DNA of 64,000 bases from Chiloscyllium plagiosum. Taxonomy: Eukaryota. How positions within the stretch are numbered: position 1 is the stretch's first letter; every line of letters begins with the position of its first letter. Shown piece after piece: positions 24,275 through 37,130 of this stretch. The position numbers and the translations under genes were made by a program. The stretch covers positions 67,601,048 to 67,665,047 of the forward strand of contig NC_057719.1 of assembly GCF_004010195.1 (NCBI RefSeq), given 5' to 3'. Under the pieces are notes generated by a model. The model was given only the letters and a program-made list of their open reading frames with translations, was not told the DNA's origin and ran no database searches.

Positions 24275-25115
24275 TTGATTTGAATTCATTTTCATGTGTA
24301 CCGAGACACAGTGAAAAGCTTTGTCTTGCGAGCAATACAGGCAGATCACATTGTTATGTAGCATAGATAAGTAAATAATAGGTAAACAGCGGAAAAAACA
24401 AAAAAAAACAGTTGTAGGCAAATGTTAACAGTTTGTGAGTCCATTCAGTATTCTAACAACAGTAGGGTAGAAACTATTGCGAAACCAGCTGGTGCATATG
24501 TTCAGGCTTCTGTACCTTCTCCCTGATGGTAGAGGTTGTAGAAAAACATTGCCAGAGTGGGATGGACCTTTTAGAATTCCGGTGGCCTTTCCTTGACAGT
24601 GGGCCTGGTAGATGGATTCTATAGATGGGAGGTTGGCCTTTGTAATTGTCCAGGCCATGTTCACCACTCTTTGTAACCGTCTCCAATCTTGAATGGTACT
24701 GTTTCCATACCAGGTGGTGATACATCTAGATAGAATGCTCTTGATGGCACACCTATAAGAGTTGGCAAGGGTATTTGCCATCATGCCAAATTTCCTCAGC
24801 TGCCTGAGGAAGAAGAGACATTGTTGGGCCTTTGTAACCAGGGCATCCACATGAAGAGCCCAAGAAAGCTTGTTGTGGATGACCACTTCCAAGAGCTTGA
24901 CACTCTCCATTTGTTCCACCTCTGTTCTGTTAATGTGTAAGGGGCATGAGTAACATCCCGCTGCAAGTCAATAATGAGTTCCTTGGTTTTGTTGGCATTG
25001 AGAGCTAAGTTGTTCTCAGCGCACCATTTTTCCAGGTCTTCCGCCTTCCATCTGTAATCTGTTTCGTTGCCATTTGAGATTCGACTGACTATGGTGGTGT
25101 CATCAGCGAACTGCA
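24275..25115 (-). mobile_element. Rex1/Babar-clade LINE, 3' RT portion
   Basis: QFADDTTIVSRISNGNETDYR..WCAENNLALNANKTKELIID, then KAQQCLFFLRQLRKFG..LPSGRRYRSL..FRNSFYPTVVRILN. Confidence 0.9.
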
Positions 25116-26244
25116 CTGTTGTATGATCCGAGATCCATACAAAACATCTGTAGTGCATCTTTAACTTCCTATGGTTATGCATAATAGTGACGCTGATGGA
25201 TGAATTGATCTTATTAAAGCAATATTCCATTGATGTCCTAGAAAGTGTGCAGGTATCAACAGCCACAATTCCAACAGCAAAATACATTCATATAGTACAA
25301 ATAACATGAAAAAATGTCAAGGTCTTTTATAAGCATAATCAAAGACAATTTGTCACCTGGCTCTATAAGATGATATTTATCAAGATGACTAAAAGTTTGT
25401 CAAAGAGGAAGGTTTTAGTTTTGATCTTTCAGTAGCCACTCAGAAACTTATAGCCACAGATCTGTAAACCGCTTTAAAAAGAATAAAATAAATATGCACT
25501 TTCACTATGCTGTTTTTAAATAAGCTACAAATTGAGAAAATGCTTTCATGTTGGCGGACCATATACTGGGACTGGTTTTCATTCTATAGCTTCCATACCT
25601 GAGGAAATCATGTATCCTATAATATCTTGGAGTTTGTTGTCCCTGGGAAGGAGACAGCATTGCTAGGATAGAATATAACCATTAAGGTCTCTTTGTTCAG
25701 TAATGGCCACAGTTACAAGTGTCCTCAGTAACAGACCGCTATAACCATGTAGCAAAGAAATTAAGAAAAGTCAAGAACTTAAGAGTTAAGTAAGCTTAAC
25801 TTTAAGTAAGCCCTGGAAGGATGAGGTTTGTTGGCCTACTTTCCATATTATGATTAAATTCCAGATTAGCCTCCAATTTAATCAGACCACCAAGATCATC
25901 ATATTCCCCAGTTGTCAAAATCCTTGGTGAGAAGGTCTGAACTGACTTTCTTTCTTTATTCATCAGCTCCCTCAGTTGGGTGCAATACGGTTAAATTAGA
26001 AAGAATCCCCTCCTTCGTCGATGCATTTCTCTCAGACAATAAATATTAGTGTTTAAAAAATGCCACTTTAACCAAACTTTCCTGAGTTAGCAAAAAAAGT
26101 AAGTTTATTACTTACTGAACACGAAAAGAAATAATAACACATACACAGAACTTAGAAATGAGAAGGAAAATAGGATAAAAATTAAAAGATATTCAGGACA
26201 ATCTTGGGATCATTCATGAGAAGCAGATAGCGAATGTTAACAAA

Positions 26245-26425
26245 GATAGAAATTGCTGCAAAAGCTCATTGGATCTGGCAACAACTGAGTTCTGAGGAAG
26301 AGTCACTCAATCCAAAATGTTAATTCTGATTTCCCTTTACAGATGTTGCCAGATCTGCTGAGATTTTCCTGAAATTTCTATTTTGTTCCTAATTTAGAGT
26401 ATCAGCAATTCTTTCAGTTTTTAGA
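26245..26425. mobile_element. Older fold-back PLE pLTR element (third family)
   Basis: gaaattgctgcaaaagctca..gatctggcaaca is inverted against tgttgccagatctgctgagattttcctgaaatttc. A degenerate CTGAGGA core lies at ~26292. Confidence 0.65.
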
Positions 26426-28649
26426 TCATGAACACTGATGGTTAAGTTGTTGATTTCAGGATTTTTGGCTTGGCAGATTAGTTGAAATTCTCTTGTCCAT
26501 TTTTTTTTGTGGTAGCTGACATTACTCAGCATGAGAGAGTCCTTCTTTGGTCCTGTTTCCATTTATTAACTCACTGGTTAACTGGCTTCTGGTATGCTGA
26601 TCCATAGAGTATTTTACCTGCAATGCAGGGGTGACTAATGGGTGGTTCTTTGACTGATGGTCACAGCACACGAATGGTCAAACTCAGGTTAGTACATGGG
26701 TAACTCAGCTCACTGGCACAAGTTCTTCTATTAACAGCTCAGGCCAGGGTTGAATGTTTTGACTCCTGTTCCTGAAAGCAGAAGTCATAAAATATGTCTC
26801 TTGCCCAGATTTCTGTCTTTTCTTGCATCATGTTTACAGTCTGAAGTAACTGCCAGGAATTACAGATCAGGTTGCAATGCATTTCTATCTTTTAAATTCA
26901 TTGTTTCAAAGCTTCCTTCACATCTTATCAGATGTGGCATTTCAAGGTCTGTCTCTGTCTCTCTCTCCAGACATTCACTGAAAATACATCCACAGGCTTT
27001 TTTTTTTGGCTGTTAGGTCAAAGACACATGTTGTAATTAAAAGTATAATATCTCCATAGATTAGCTAATGTTATGATCCCTGGTCTTGATAACAAGAAAC
27101 AACAAGATCTTGATAATCAGTGAAGTGTCCATAGATATTATTCCTTGACTTAGTGTAAGTAACAGTATCACTGCATACATACCTTGTTACAAAATGATAT
27201 CAATAGAAAGGTAAAATGTACCTTAGGTGCACCTTCACCAGATTGGCATCCTTCTGTTGTTCCTAACTGCTTCTAAGAAGCAAAAATGCACAGGAATTTA
27301 ATGTAAAAGAGATGGGTTTTTTAACCCCATTTCAACTAGAAAGTAAAGGAAATGTGAATCCATCAGCAAATGACAAAACAAGATGTGCCTGGCTCTCAAT
27401 CATCAATTAACAGGATAACTATAACTCTGTCTTGTGACATATCCATGTGCTCAGGACTTTTATTCTAGCCTGTAATGGCCACTATATGTCATGCTACAGT
27501 GAGCTACCACTCCCCACCAGTGTTGGGAGGGTAATTACCAAGTTTAAATGATTTGGTCTCAAACCTTTAAGGTTAGTGGGGGGGCTTACCATTCATTTAT
27601 GTTTCACCTGTAAAGCTCTTATCCTGAGTTAATCATGAGACTATAGAACATTTATACTTCAAATATTAACCAAAGCTACAATCTGTGTAATGAGTACAAT
27701 TTGTCATGTTTCTTGCTTGATAGCACTCTTTCACAACACAGACTGGGGCAATTTTAACCAAAGCCATCCGGGTAACTGATTTCACACTGCCTGTTTTTAT
27801 ATTTCATTGAAATCAATGAATTGCAATGGATAGCATTTAAAATCAGCATTCTCATATAACCCATGAGATTCCTACCTGACAAATTGAATTAAAATTACAT
27901 CTAATAATCTTTGTTCCTTTTTTAAAAAGAACTAATAATTTTACCAGAATTCAGCTTTTGAACTTTTTCCGATCACCTAAAAATAATTTTGTGAAAAAAA
28001 CTAAGTAGATTCAGAGAGAAGCAGCATTCAATCAATTGGGCAACTTGACATTTGAACAATTTGATTGGTCACAAACTCTAATGATGAAAATCTAATATTT
28101 AGAGATTGTGCTTTTCCAGTGTAAAGGTTTATATATTCAGTTCCAATGTTTAATATTGAAACGCAAAACATATCCCAATGTCAAGATAGAGTAACTTGTA
28201 TTTCTCAATAGAAAGTGCATAAAAGATTTTCAAATATATAAACATACCGTAATTTTAAAACTATTTACTAAAATTCAACACTCATCATTTTATGTCCTAA
28301 ATATTTCATGTCAATTTGCTTCCAAAAAATGTTTTACTTGATCCAACAATGCAATATTTTACCTGATGTACCAATGGAATAAAAGGTGTTCCCAACCCAT
28401 AAACAGCTTTCTTCCAATCATGATTTTGCCTTAAAAACATCTGCCTTAAGTCACATGCTCCTGACTTTGTACAAATGTAAATTAAAACTGCACCTTCCTT
28501 AAGAATAAAGACTTTGCAGTTGTTATAAGAAACTGTTACGTATCAATTTTTAGGAAGAGAATGTTTTAGCTTCTAATGTTTTGTAGCGCATTACACTGGC
28601 CAGATACTCCAGCTCAAATATTCACTATAGCATTCTTTTCTTCATTTGA

Positions 28650-28737
28650 CTCATAGAGTCATAGAGATGTACAGCATGGAAACAGACCCTTTGGTCCAAC
28701 CCGCCCATGCCAACCAGATATCCCAACCCAATCTAGA
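28650..28737 (-). mobile_element. Very short CR1 3' tail insertion
   Basis: Near-exact reverse complement of 14519-14606. Confidence 0.85.
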
Positions 28738-28764
28738 TCTGAGAAATCCATTTTAGTTTTGATT

Positions 28765-29865
28765 AGAATTGATTGATTGATTAATTGTCACATGTACCGA
28801 AGTAAAGTGACAAGCTTTGTTTATGAGCAACACAGGCAGATTATAATAAGCAGGGATGTACAGATCAAAGGTTGTATAAAAAGATTTAGACAAAGGCATA
28901 TAGGTTATGTTGCTCAGGGCATGCATTAGGTGAGATTAACATTAGCAAGATCAACATTATTTGAGGTTAGAGAGTCCATTCATTAGTCTAATAACAGCAG
29001 GGAAGGTGCTGTTCCTGAACTTGCTGGTGCATGTGTTTAAGTTTCTGTATCTTCTGCCTGATGGAAGAGGTTGTAGGAGATCATTACCGGCGTGTGATGG
29101 GTCTTTGATGATGTTAGCAGCCTTTCTGCGGCTATGAGCTATGTAAATGGAGTCCATGGATGGAAGGTTAACTTCTGTGATGGCCTGGGCTGTGCACACA
29201 GCCTGCAGTTTCTTATGGTCCTAGGAAGAGCAGTTGCCATACCAGGCCATTGTGTACCTGGACAATATGCTTTCAATGGCGCATCTTTAGAAGTTTGTGA
29301 GGGTCCTCATGGAAATGCCAAATTTCCTGCACTGCCTTGGGAAGAAGAGGCATTGATATTCTTGACTGTTGCATCTATGTGGGAAGTCCAAGATAGTTTG
29401 TCAGTTATCGTCACTCCAAGGAACTTGATGATCTCCACCTTCTCAAACTCAGTTTTTGTTGATGAGGATGGAGGTGTGTTCTTCTTTCTTTCTTAAGTCA
29501 ATGGTCAGTTCTTTAGTTTTGCTGCTGCCTCTACCTCCCTTCTGTATTTTGACTTGTTGTTGTTGTTAGATATCCGTCCTACTAAAGTGGTGTTGTCAGT
29601 GAACTTGCAGATTGTGTTTGTTCAGAATTTGCAACACAGTCACGGGTGTACACGGAGTACAGTAGGGGGCTGAAGACGCATGCTCGGGGGGCTCCAGTGT
29701 TGAGTGTTATCATGCAGTTACCTATCTTCACTGCAGTCTGTGGGTCAGGAAGCTGAGGATCCAGTTACAGAGAGAGGAGTCGAGATCAAGGTCTTGGAGT
29801 TTTGAGATCAGTCTGGAGGGGACAATGGTGTTGAGGGCGAAGTCGCAGTCAATGAGCAGGAGTAG
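28765..29865 (-). mobile_element. Rex1/Babar-clade LINE fragment
   Basis: ORF 28957-29199 (AANIIKDPSHAGNDLLQPLPSGRRYRNL). Antisense RT motifs (tgagtgttatc / gggggctccagtg / gtcagtgaacttg) lie at 29590-29710. Confidence 0.88.
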
Positions 29866-30029
29866 AATATAAATCCTTTATGACTAAATTAGCAGTTTTC
29901 TTGGTGGTCAATGCCCTATGTAGATTCTGTCTGTATTGCAGAAAGTGATGCTGCTTAATCCTTTTTCCAAACTCGCTATTGTCCAAAACTGTTGGCCAAT
30001 TCAATATCAATTAATTTTCCAAATATTTT

Positions 30030-31670
30030 CCACAAAGAAATTGGAGTCTTTTACAGATAAATTGGTGACACCTTATTCTGAGATTATACCCGATAGTCCT
30101 AGATTCCCTGAGAGGAAACACGTTTTCTGTATCTACCCTAAGAATCTTGTACATTTGAATAAAGTTCCCTCTCATTCTACTTAACCCCATTCTAGTAAAC
30201 TCCAACAGGCCCAGCCTACTCAATGTTTCCTCATCAGACAGTCCCTCCATACTCTGGATCAGCCTACAGGAGCTTCTCTGAATTGCCTCTAATGGCAGTA
30301 TAGCCTTCCTTAGATAAGTGGATCAACATTTTTCACCATATTCCAGATATGATCTGATTACTGTCTTGTATAATTTTAATAAGAACTCCCCATTTTTATA
30401 TTACATTCTTTGTGAAGTAAAGTCCAACTGTCCAATTGCTTTGCATTTTACCCACTTTACCTGGATGCTATTTTTTTTGTAGTTCATGAATGAGGGCCCC
30501 CAAAATCCCTCTGTATTACAGCTTTCTGTAGTCTTTCCCCATTTAAATAATATTCAGCTCGTCTATTCTTCCTACTGAATCTCACATTCTCCCACACTAT
30601 ATATTACTGTAAAGGTTTTGCACATGCACTTGTTCATATCCCTCTGTGTCATCTTCACGACTTAACTTCTCACCTATTTCTGTCTTCAGTAAATTTGGCA
30701 GTAGTACATTCATTTCTGAAACCAAACTATATCATAAAAATATGTGGCTTCAACACTGATCCCTGTGGTACTTCACTAAAGACAGGTTGCAAACCTGAAA
30801 ATATCCCTTTTATTCCAACTCTTCGTCTTCTATTAGTTAACCAATCCTTTATCCACGTAATATACTACCAGCAACAATGTGGGCTTTTATCTTAAGTAGC
30901 TTTATGTGTAATACCTGGTCATTTTTTGGAAATGTAAATATATTACATCTTCTAGTTCCCCATTATCTACACTACTTGTGGCCACCTGAAATTTGTCAAG
31001 CATGATTTCTCCTTCATGAAGTCATATACATCCTTGTTTAAATTATTTATTTATAAATATTCTATCATTATATACTTTAATAGATCCTCACATTTTCCAT
31101 AAGATAGGTGCTAAGCTAACTGATCAATATTTACCTGATTCTTGACTCTCCCTCTCTTTGAATAAGGATGTCACATTGGCAATTTTCCAATCCTCTTGGA
31201 TTTTCCTGAGTTTTGGAATCCTCAGATGCACCTGTCCACATAAGTTATTGGCCGTTTGCCTCAGTTGTTTCCCTCGTTCCCTTTCTCTAGTGATAGTCAT
31301 TATGCTTATTTCCTCTCTCCCTTCCCTTCATTATTTCGATTTTGTGGTATATTATTGATGTTCTGTGCCATGAAGACTGATGCAAAGTATTTACTCAACT
31401 CCTCTGCCATTTCCTGATCCCCCATTATTATTTCCCTAGCCTTGTTCTCTAAGCGGTCTACGTTGATTCTGACTTCTCTCTTCCTTTTTTTACATTTAAA
31501 GAAGCTCTTACTTTTCATTTTTATATATTATTTGCTAGTTTGCCTTCATGATTTATTGTCTCTCTTTATTTAGTCGCCTTTTGTAGGCTTTAAAAGCTTT
31601 TCCAATCTTCTGATTCACCAGTAATCATTACTGCATTTTTAAAATTTCAATTTCATACTATCTTTAACTT
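30030..31670 (-). mobile_element. CR1 LINE ORF2 relic with internal deletions
   Basis: MEGLSDEETLSRLGLLEF.. (30011-30250) and KSFFKCKKRKREVRINVDRLENKAREIIMGDQEMAEELSKYFASVF (31306-31518). Confidence 0.85.
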
Positions 31671-32449
31671 CTTTGATGTTTCAGTCTTATTAGAAACTTA
31701 AAGCTTTATATTGTTTCATCCCAGTATATGCTTAAAGCAATTCATTTCATAATCTAGTGCCTAAACTATTAATACCATACAAGCTGTCATAGACTTGGTT
31801 TCAAAGAAAGGAGTGTGGGGTCTGTTGCTTATTTGTCACACAGGATTGTTTAGGTGATTTTCATGAATTCTTGGTTGATTAGATTAGTGCTCACTATCAG
31901 AGAGAACATAGGAATCATTGAATTGTGACAGAGCAGCACGGATACTGGGCACTTTTACCCTCAGGTGAAGATGGGAATAAAGTGGAACATTACCACTTGG
32001 GTAGAAAGATAAATTAACTGTTTAGGAACATAATTACAAGCTGTTGTGAAAGACAATTAAAATAATTTATAAGGACTGATTATCCGATCAAGTGTTTAGG
32101 GCTTGTGGTTTCTGAATCAATGCTTATGTGTTGAACATCCAAATGGTATCAGTCCTATAGATGATTACTTAAGAGTTGCAGAAGTATAGACATATTGCCA
32201 TCACCCTGTGAAGAGCAGATTCTGAAGAGTTCAAAAAATAAATGGACAGATTCCCAATTCAATGAGGAACAAAGAAGTACAGACAATGAGTGTTCAAAAG
32301 GAGTGTAATCCAAGCACTAGTTCGCTAGCACTAATATCCATCAACTTGATGAGTGCTAAAAATGTGAAAAAAATAAACAACAGGGAATATTGTTCCACTT
32401 AGTCATGTGGCAAATGAATCAGGACTTAGGAATTGTTTCACTATATTTG

Positions 32450-32830
32450 GGTTACATTATCTTTCATATAATCTGTTTTGCTTGGCTGCACATCCTGACG
32501 ATTTAATCATAGCAATGATTTTTATCATATATTTGAAATTCTTTTGACACATCTGGATTTAACGCTTGAAGTTATTATCCTTGTTGATCTTAACCTCAAT
32601 TGATTCAAAGCTGAGCCCACAGCATCTCAAATTTATGTTTGCCAATAATAGTTTAACTCAGTGTATTACTAACTTTACCCATTCTTTTCAACCACTAATT
32701 CATTCTAATTGATTTAATTTGTACTTATAAATCAAAGGCATTGATTTTTGTCCCAATAGCTTGCAGAAGCATTGTAAGAGACCACAGTCTAAATTTTGCT
32801 TCAAGATGCAGTAGTGGACAATTTGCTTCA
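32450..32830 (+). mobile_element. Ancient LINE AP-endonuclease domain relic
   Basis: LEVIILVDLNLN / NNSLTQCITNFT / LIDLICT / IVRDHSLNF correspond, in order, to the APE motifs GDLN, LxQxIxxPTR, LIDL and SDH. Confidence 0.55.
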
Positions 32831-34993
32831 GTCAATTCATTTTTACCATTTTGTTCTATTGTGGTAAATGGCAGATATGAATATTTAGTTGCTCAGCAGG
32901 CTTCTGGATTCTTATTGCTATTTTTGACATTGGCATTCACAATATGGAGAGTGATATGTGCCCTAATATTGGCTAGCAGCATTACATATCTATTTGTTAG
33001 CCTCTTCCTTCACTTCCCCCACCAATGCCTCTCTTTAGATATATATCTCGATTCGTGCTTGCATCGCTGAGTAAAGAACTTCAGCTGAGATTTTTAATAT
33101 AAAAGCTTCATAAGTCATCTATGCCAAGCCTCATCTCTTTCCAGTTTAATAGCAGTATTGCTTTTACATTTCTGGTTATAATTGGCCCTTTTGTGTACAT
33201 AACCCAACTAAATAAATTTGAGATCTTCTGGATTTTAAACCAATTAGGATAGATGGAAAGTCCCAAAAATGTTCTCTACTGTTGAATATTTTACTTAGCC
33301 TTATGAAGTAGAAATACCTTTTCAATGCAGCAACATGCATTTCTACAGGGCTTTAAATGTACAAGACATCCTGAGGCACTTTCCACAATGATAATAAGAG
33401 AATAAACATTCTGATGAAGGATAGAAATTATAGAACCTTCCAACACAGATGGAGACCATTTGGCCCATTGTCACCGTGTCCACTGCATATCCAGCTTTTA
33501 CCTTGCTGTTTATCCATAGCCTTGTTTCATTTAATTCTTTTTCAAGTATATACCCGATCTCCACTTGGAAAGTTATTCAAACTGTTTTCACCACCCTTTC
33601 AGGTCGAAAAGGAGAAAGTGATTAAAGGTAATGTTGTTATCTGGACTTTCAAAAGCCTACTATTAAAGTAGCATGCCAATATTGACTAAAGGAGAGAAAG
33701 TAATATCATTGGTGAGTTTATTTTCGATGGAGGGAAACATTTGACTCTGTCACCCATGTTTGAGTATTGGGCCATTGCTTTTATTTAGATAGAATTAATT
33801 GTCTGGACTTGGAAGTACAGTACATCATTTCAAAGTTGGCAGATGTATAAAATTTGGAAACCATGGGCTGATTTTATGGTTTATTTAGCTGAGTCCAAAT
33901 TGAATAGAGTTTGTTGAAGGGATTTCTTCCATCAGACCTATTGAACTTTCCTGTCATGTCATAACAAACTCACTTCATTAAATACCAACACTGCCCCATA
34001 AGGACCATCTCATCTAATTCTGGCCCATCTTACCATATACATTCCCAGGACAACTCGCTATATGCAACAACACCATCCTTCAAAGCTCACAGTGTGTCAG
34101 GACATGCATTGGAAATCTAGCATTGCACATCACTGGCAGCAGCACATAGGTGGCATAGCTGACATTTTGTCTTCATATGCCATTCCCTCATCTTTGTAAT
34201 TGTTTAACATCCAGGCCACATAGTTTACCTGCCCCTTGCTACATATATCATTCTCTAAGCCTATGTTACTCTGTCCTCAGTGCCTACTGTAAACATATAG
34301 TTTGTCATGGTCTATTAGGGGAATACAAATAAAATCAATAGAGGTTGACGTTTACCCAACAGCATAGATAAAATGGTAAGGAAGCAAGTCTTACCACCTT
34401 CATGGCCATCCTGACCTCCTCCTTCATGGTATTAATCTCCAAAACCTGATTGTCAAGCTGAGATTTCAACCCATGGTGTCAAGTGCAATCTGTGTTCCCT
34501 TCCATGTTCTCACATCTCCTCAACACAAACTACAAGTGGAAAATGGCTGTGATCTCACCCAGATAGGCGGAATCAGTTTTCTGACCCAACATGCTTGCTT
34601 CACATCTGATAAACAGGAGGCCTTCCAAGGGCAATTGCATCACTTATGCACTTACAGAGTACAGCTTGAAGTAATTTGCAATCAAATCATCATGCGTATG
34701 AAATGCATATAGGGTATAGGTATGGACTGTAAATCCTGGTCACAGGCAATCTTGGCTATGTCATTGGTCATTGCAGATTGAAGATGGTTATGTCCATGAA
34801 GCAGGCAACCTTAATACTGACATCAAAAAGGCACAAAGCAAAATGCTGATCCAAGATATCATAAGCTACACAGGGCATGGAAATGATTCCCTCTCACCTT
34901 AAACTGTATATTTAATGCACCATGCTCTTATATGGAAAGATGCCTTTCCTGGGTGGGGTGGGCTGGTAGATTAAGGTGATAGTACTCATTCAG

Positions 34994-35228
34994 TGTAGTG
35001 ATTGTAATGAGGTCAGTCAGATAGACCTCAGAGAATATGAGTTCTCTGATTAGGGCTGTTCACCTGGTCCAAATGAGAACCCTGGCTGACAGATAAGAAC
35101 AGGAGTGTCTGACATCCTGTTCACTTTGAGAGCTGACTCTGAGGAAGCCGAATCAGTGTCAAGGACTCTCCATATATATATAAAGAGTGATTTGGTGATG
35201 GTATACCAGCCTTTGTGGAGTTATTTCA
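34994..35228 (+). mobile_element. Solo LTR (Gypsy-type), 235 bp
   Basis: Begins TGTAGTG and ends TTTCA, with a polyA-signal-like atataaag. Flanked by ttcag/tacag, a 5-bp TSD with one mismatch. Confidence 0.65.
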
Positions 35229-35559
35229 TACAGCATTTAATCTCCTCCTGTCTCTGTGAGATGACTGGTGCTGCGTTCATTGGGATAAGTGGCAACATTG
35301 ATGTTCCATATACAGACATTCCATGATCCTCCTTGTTGGAGTGTTCCATGTCCCATTGTATGGAGGAGCATGCTAAACCATCATTTGAGTGAAATGAATA
35401 CTGACTTCTCACATTAAAAGGACCTATTCCTATAATCCCCAGGAAGGTTCCTTGTCAGCATAATTGATGGATCCAGCAACAGTGGGTGTTGTTATAAACA
35501 AAACACAGGCAAAACATAGTTGCCATAATAGTGTTAAGTTTTCCACCATCATTAAAATT

Positions 35560-35680
35560 CAAACAAAGTGTCACAGGTGCTGGAAATCTGGAACGAAAAT
35601 AAAGTGCTAAAAACACATAGCAGGTTGAGCAGGATCTGTGGAGAGATGTTTGAAGTTAGATAATGACTGTTCTTCAGCTT
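35560..35680 (-). mobile_element. Degenerate solo PLE pLTR
   Basis: caggtgctggaaatctggaacgaaaa...gcaggatctgtggagag...ttcttcag is similar to 63473-63606. Confidence 0.55.
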
Positions 35681-36810
35681 AAGGAAACTCAGGGCTGGGA
35701 AGTGAAGGGTCAGTAATCAGTTAGCTGCTCAGTTTTGTAATTGCCTGGAGATTGACCCAGTTTTAACCACTCTAAAAAGATCGCTTGGGGGACTTTACAG
35801 GAAAGTGAGTCAGCACCATCTGAAGTCTTCTCTAAGTCAGAGTGGAGGACATTTCTGGAAGGTTCCAAACACAGGGAAATTGCCCACTAGAAATTTAAAC
35901 TTCCCAGATGTTGCACTGTGACTTCCAAGTGGCCCCATGGCCCATCTTTCAGGATACATATCTGTAAAAACTATCATCCAACAGGAACATCTAAGCCAAA
36001 GTTCTAAATCATAAAGTATCCTTTATTCACATTCATACCATCAGTTATTATTGCGAGTAATTTAAATTGTCATTAACTTGTTCACTTTTGGCACAGGAAT
36101 TTGACCATGTCTCTGGAGACCATTTCCTGATTGCTCAAAGATTGGAAATATTTGGTTAACCAAAAATCTAAATAGTCCCAGGAATGAAATAAATGACATC
36201 GAAATCTTTTAATTTAAATCTGTAGTACTTGGCAATGGCTACGATAGTTTTGTTATTTTAGAATCATATAATTTTAAGTCTAGCAGAAGCCCACTTTACT
36301 GACTGTGCTCTTCGCTTAATGCCACATCTCCACCCTCTCTCCATCTCCTTTTAATTTTTGTCTATTTTAAAAATTCCTATGTACTTCTCTTTCAGAAGGA
36401 TATTATTAATTGTACTTCAGTCACTGTTTTATGAAAGGTCCAGTGAGCCCAATCAAGCTTGCCTATAAAAACAAAAACCTAACATCTCCCTATGTTCTTC
36501 AGCTGACAATGTTGAATTTATGCCCCCTACTTAATAGCTCAATGAGCAGTGAAAAGAGTTTCCTACATATGCTTTACCAAATCCTTCAATAGTTTTGAAC
36601 ACTTATACTTTCTTCTTTCAAAATTAATTTCTCAAACTTTTCTTTTTATAAATGCAATTTTCCCAATTTTGGGGCATTTGCAAATAGTGCAACACTTCAG
36701 TGGAAGTGGGAAGAGATGGAATTGCCCAAGGGTAGGAATTCCAGTAACTCCCCTTTAGCCTCAATCAAAATCAGAAACTGGTGGAACATTCAGCAGGTCT
36801 GACTGTGACT

Positions 36811-36854
<44 letters not shown>
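36811..36854. repeat. Compound microsatellite (GT)12(GA)10
   Basis: Directly visible. Confidence 0.95.
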
Positions 36855-37130
36855 CAAAGGAATAGATGAAGGTCAGCGTGGGAGCTGCTAAGAAGGGTCT
36901 TTATTGGCTGACAATAGATTATTTGTGGCATCAGGGATGACAAAGTCTAATGTCTGGGGGTTGGTGTAAGGACATAGGAGAAGGCGCTCAGGCCTTAAAA
37001 TTATTGAACTCGATATTAAGTCCAGAAGGTTGCAGGGTTCCCAAGCAGAAAATTGGGTACCAATCTTGCTGCTTGCACTGAGCTTTGGTGGAGCATTCCA
37101 GCAAGCCTGAGACAGAGATGTTGACCAGAT
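36855..37130 (-). mobile_element. Penelope-like GIY-YIG C-terminus and pLTR relic
   Basis: NISVSGLLECSTKAQCKQQDWYPIFCLGTLQPSGLNIEFNNF is homologous to the end of the PLE ORF at 5174-5521. Confidence 0.8.
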
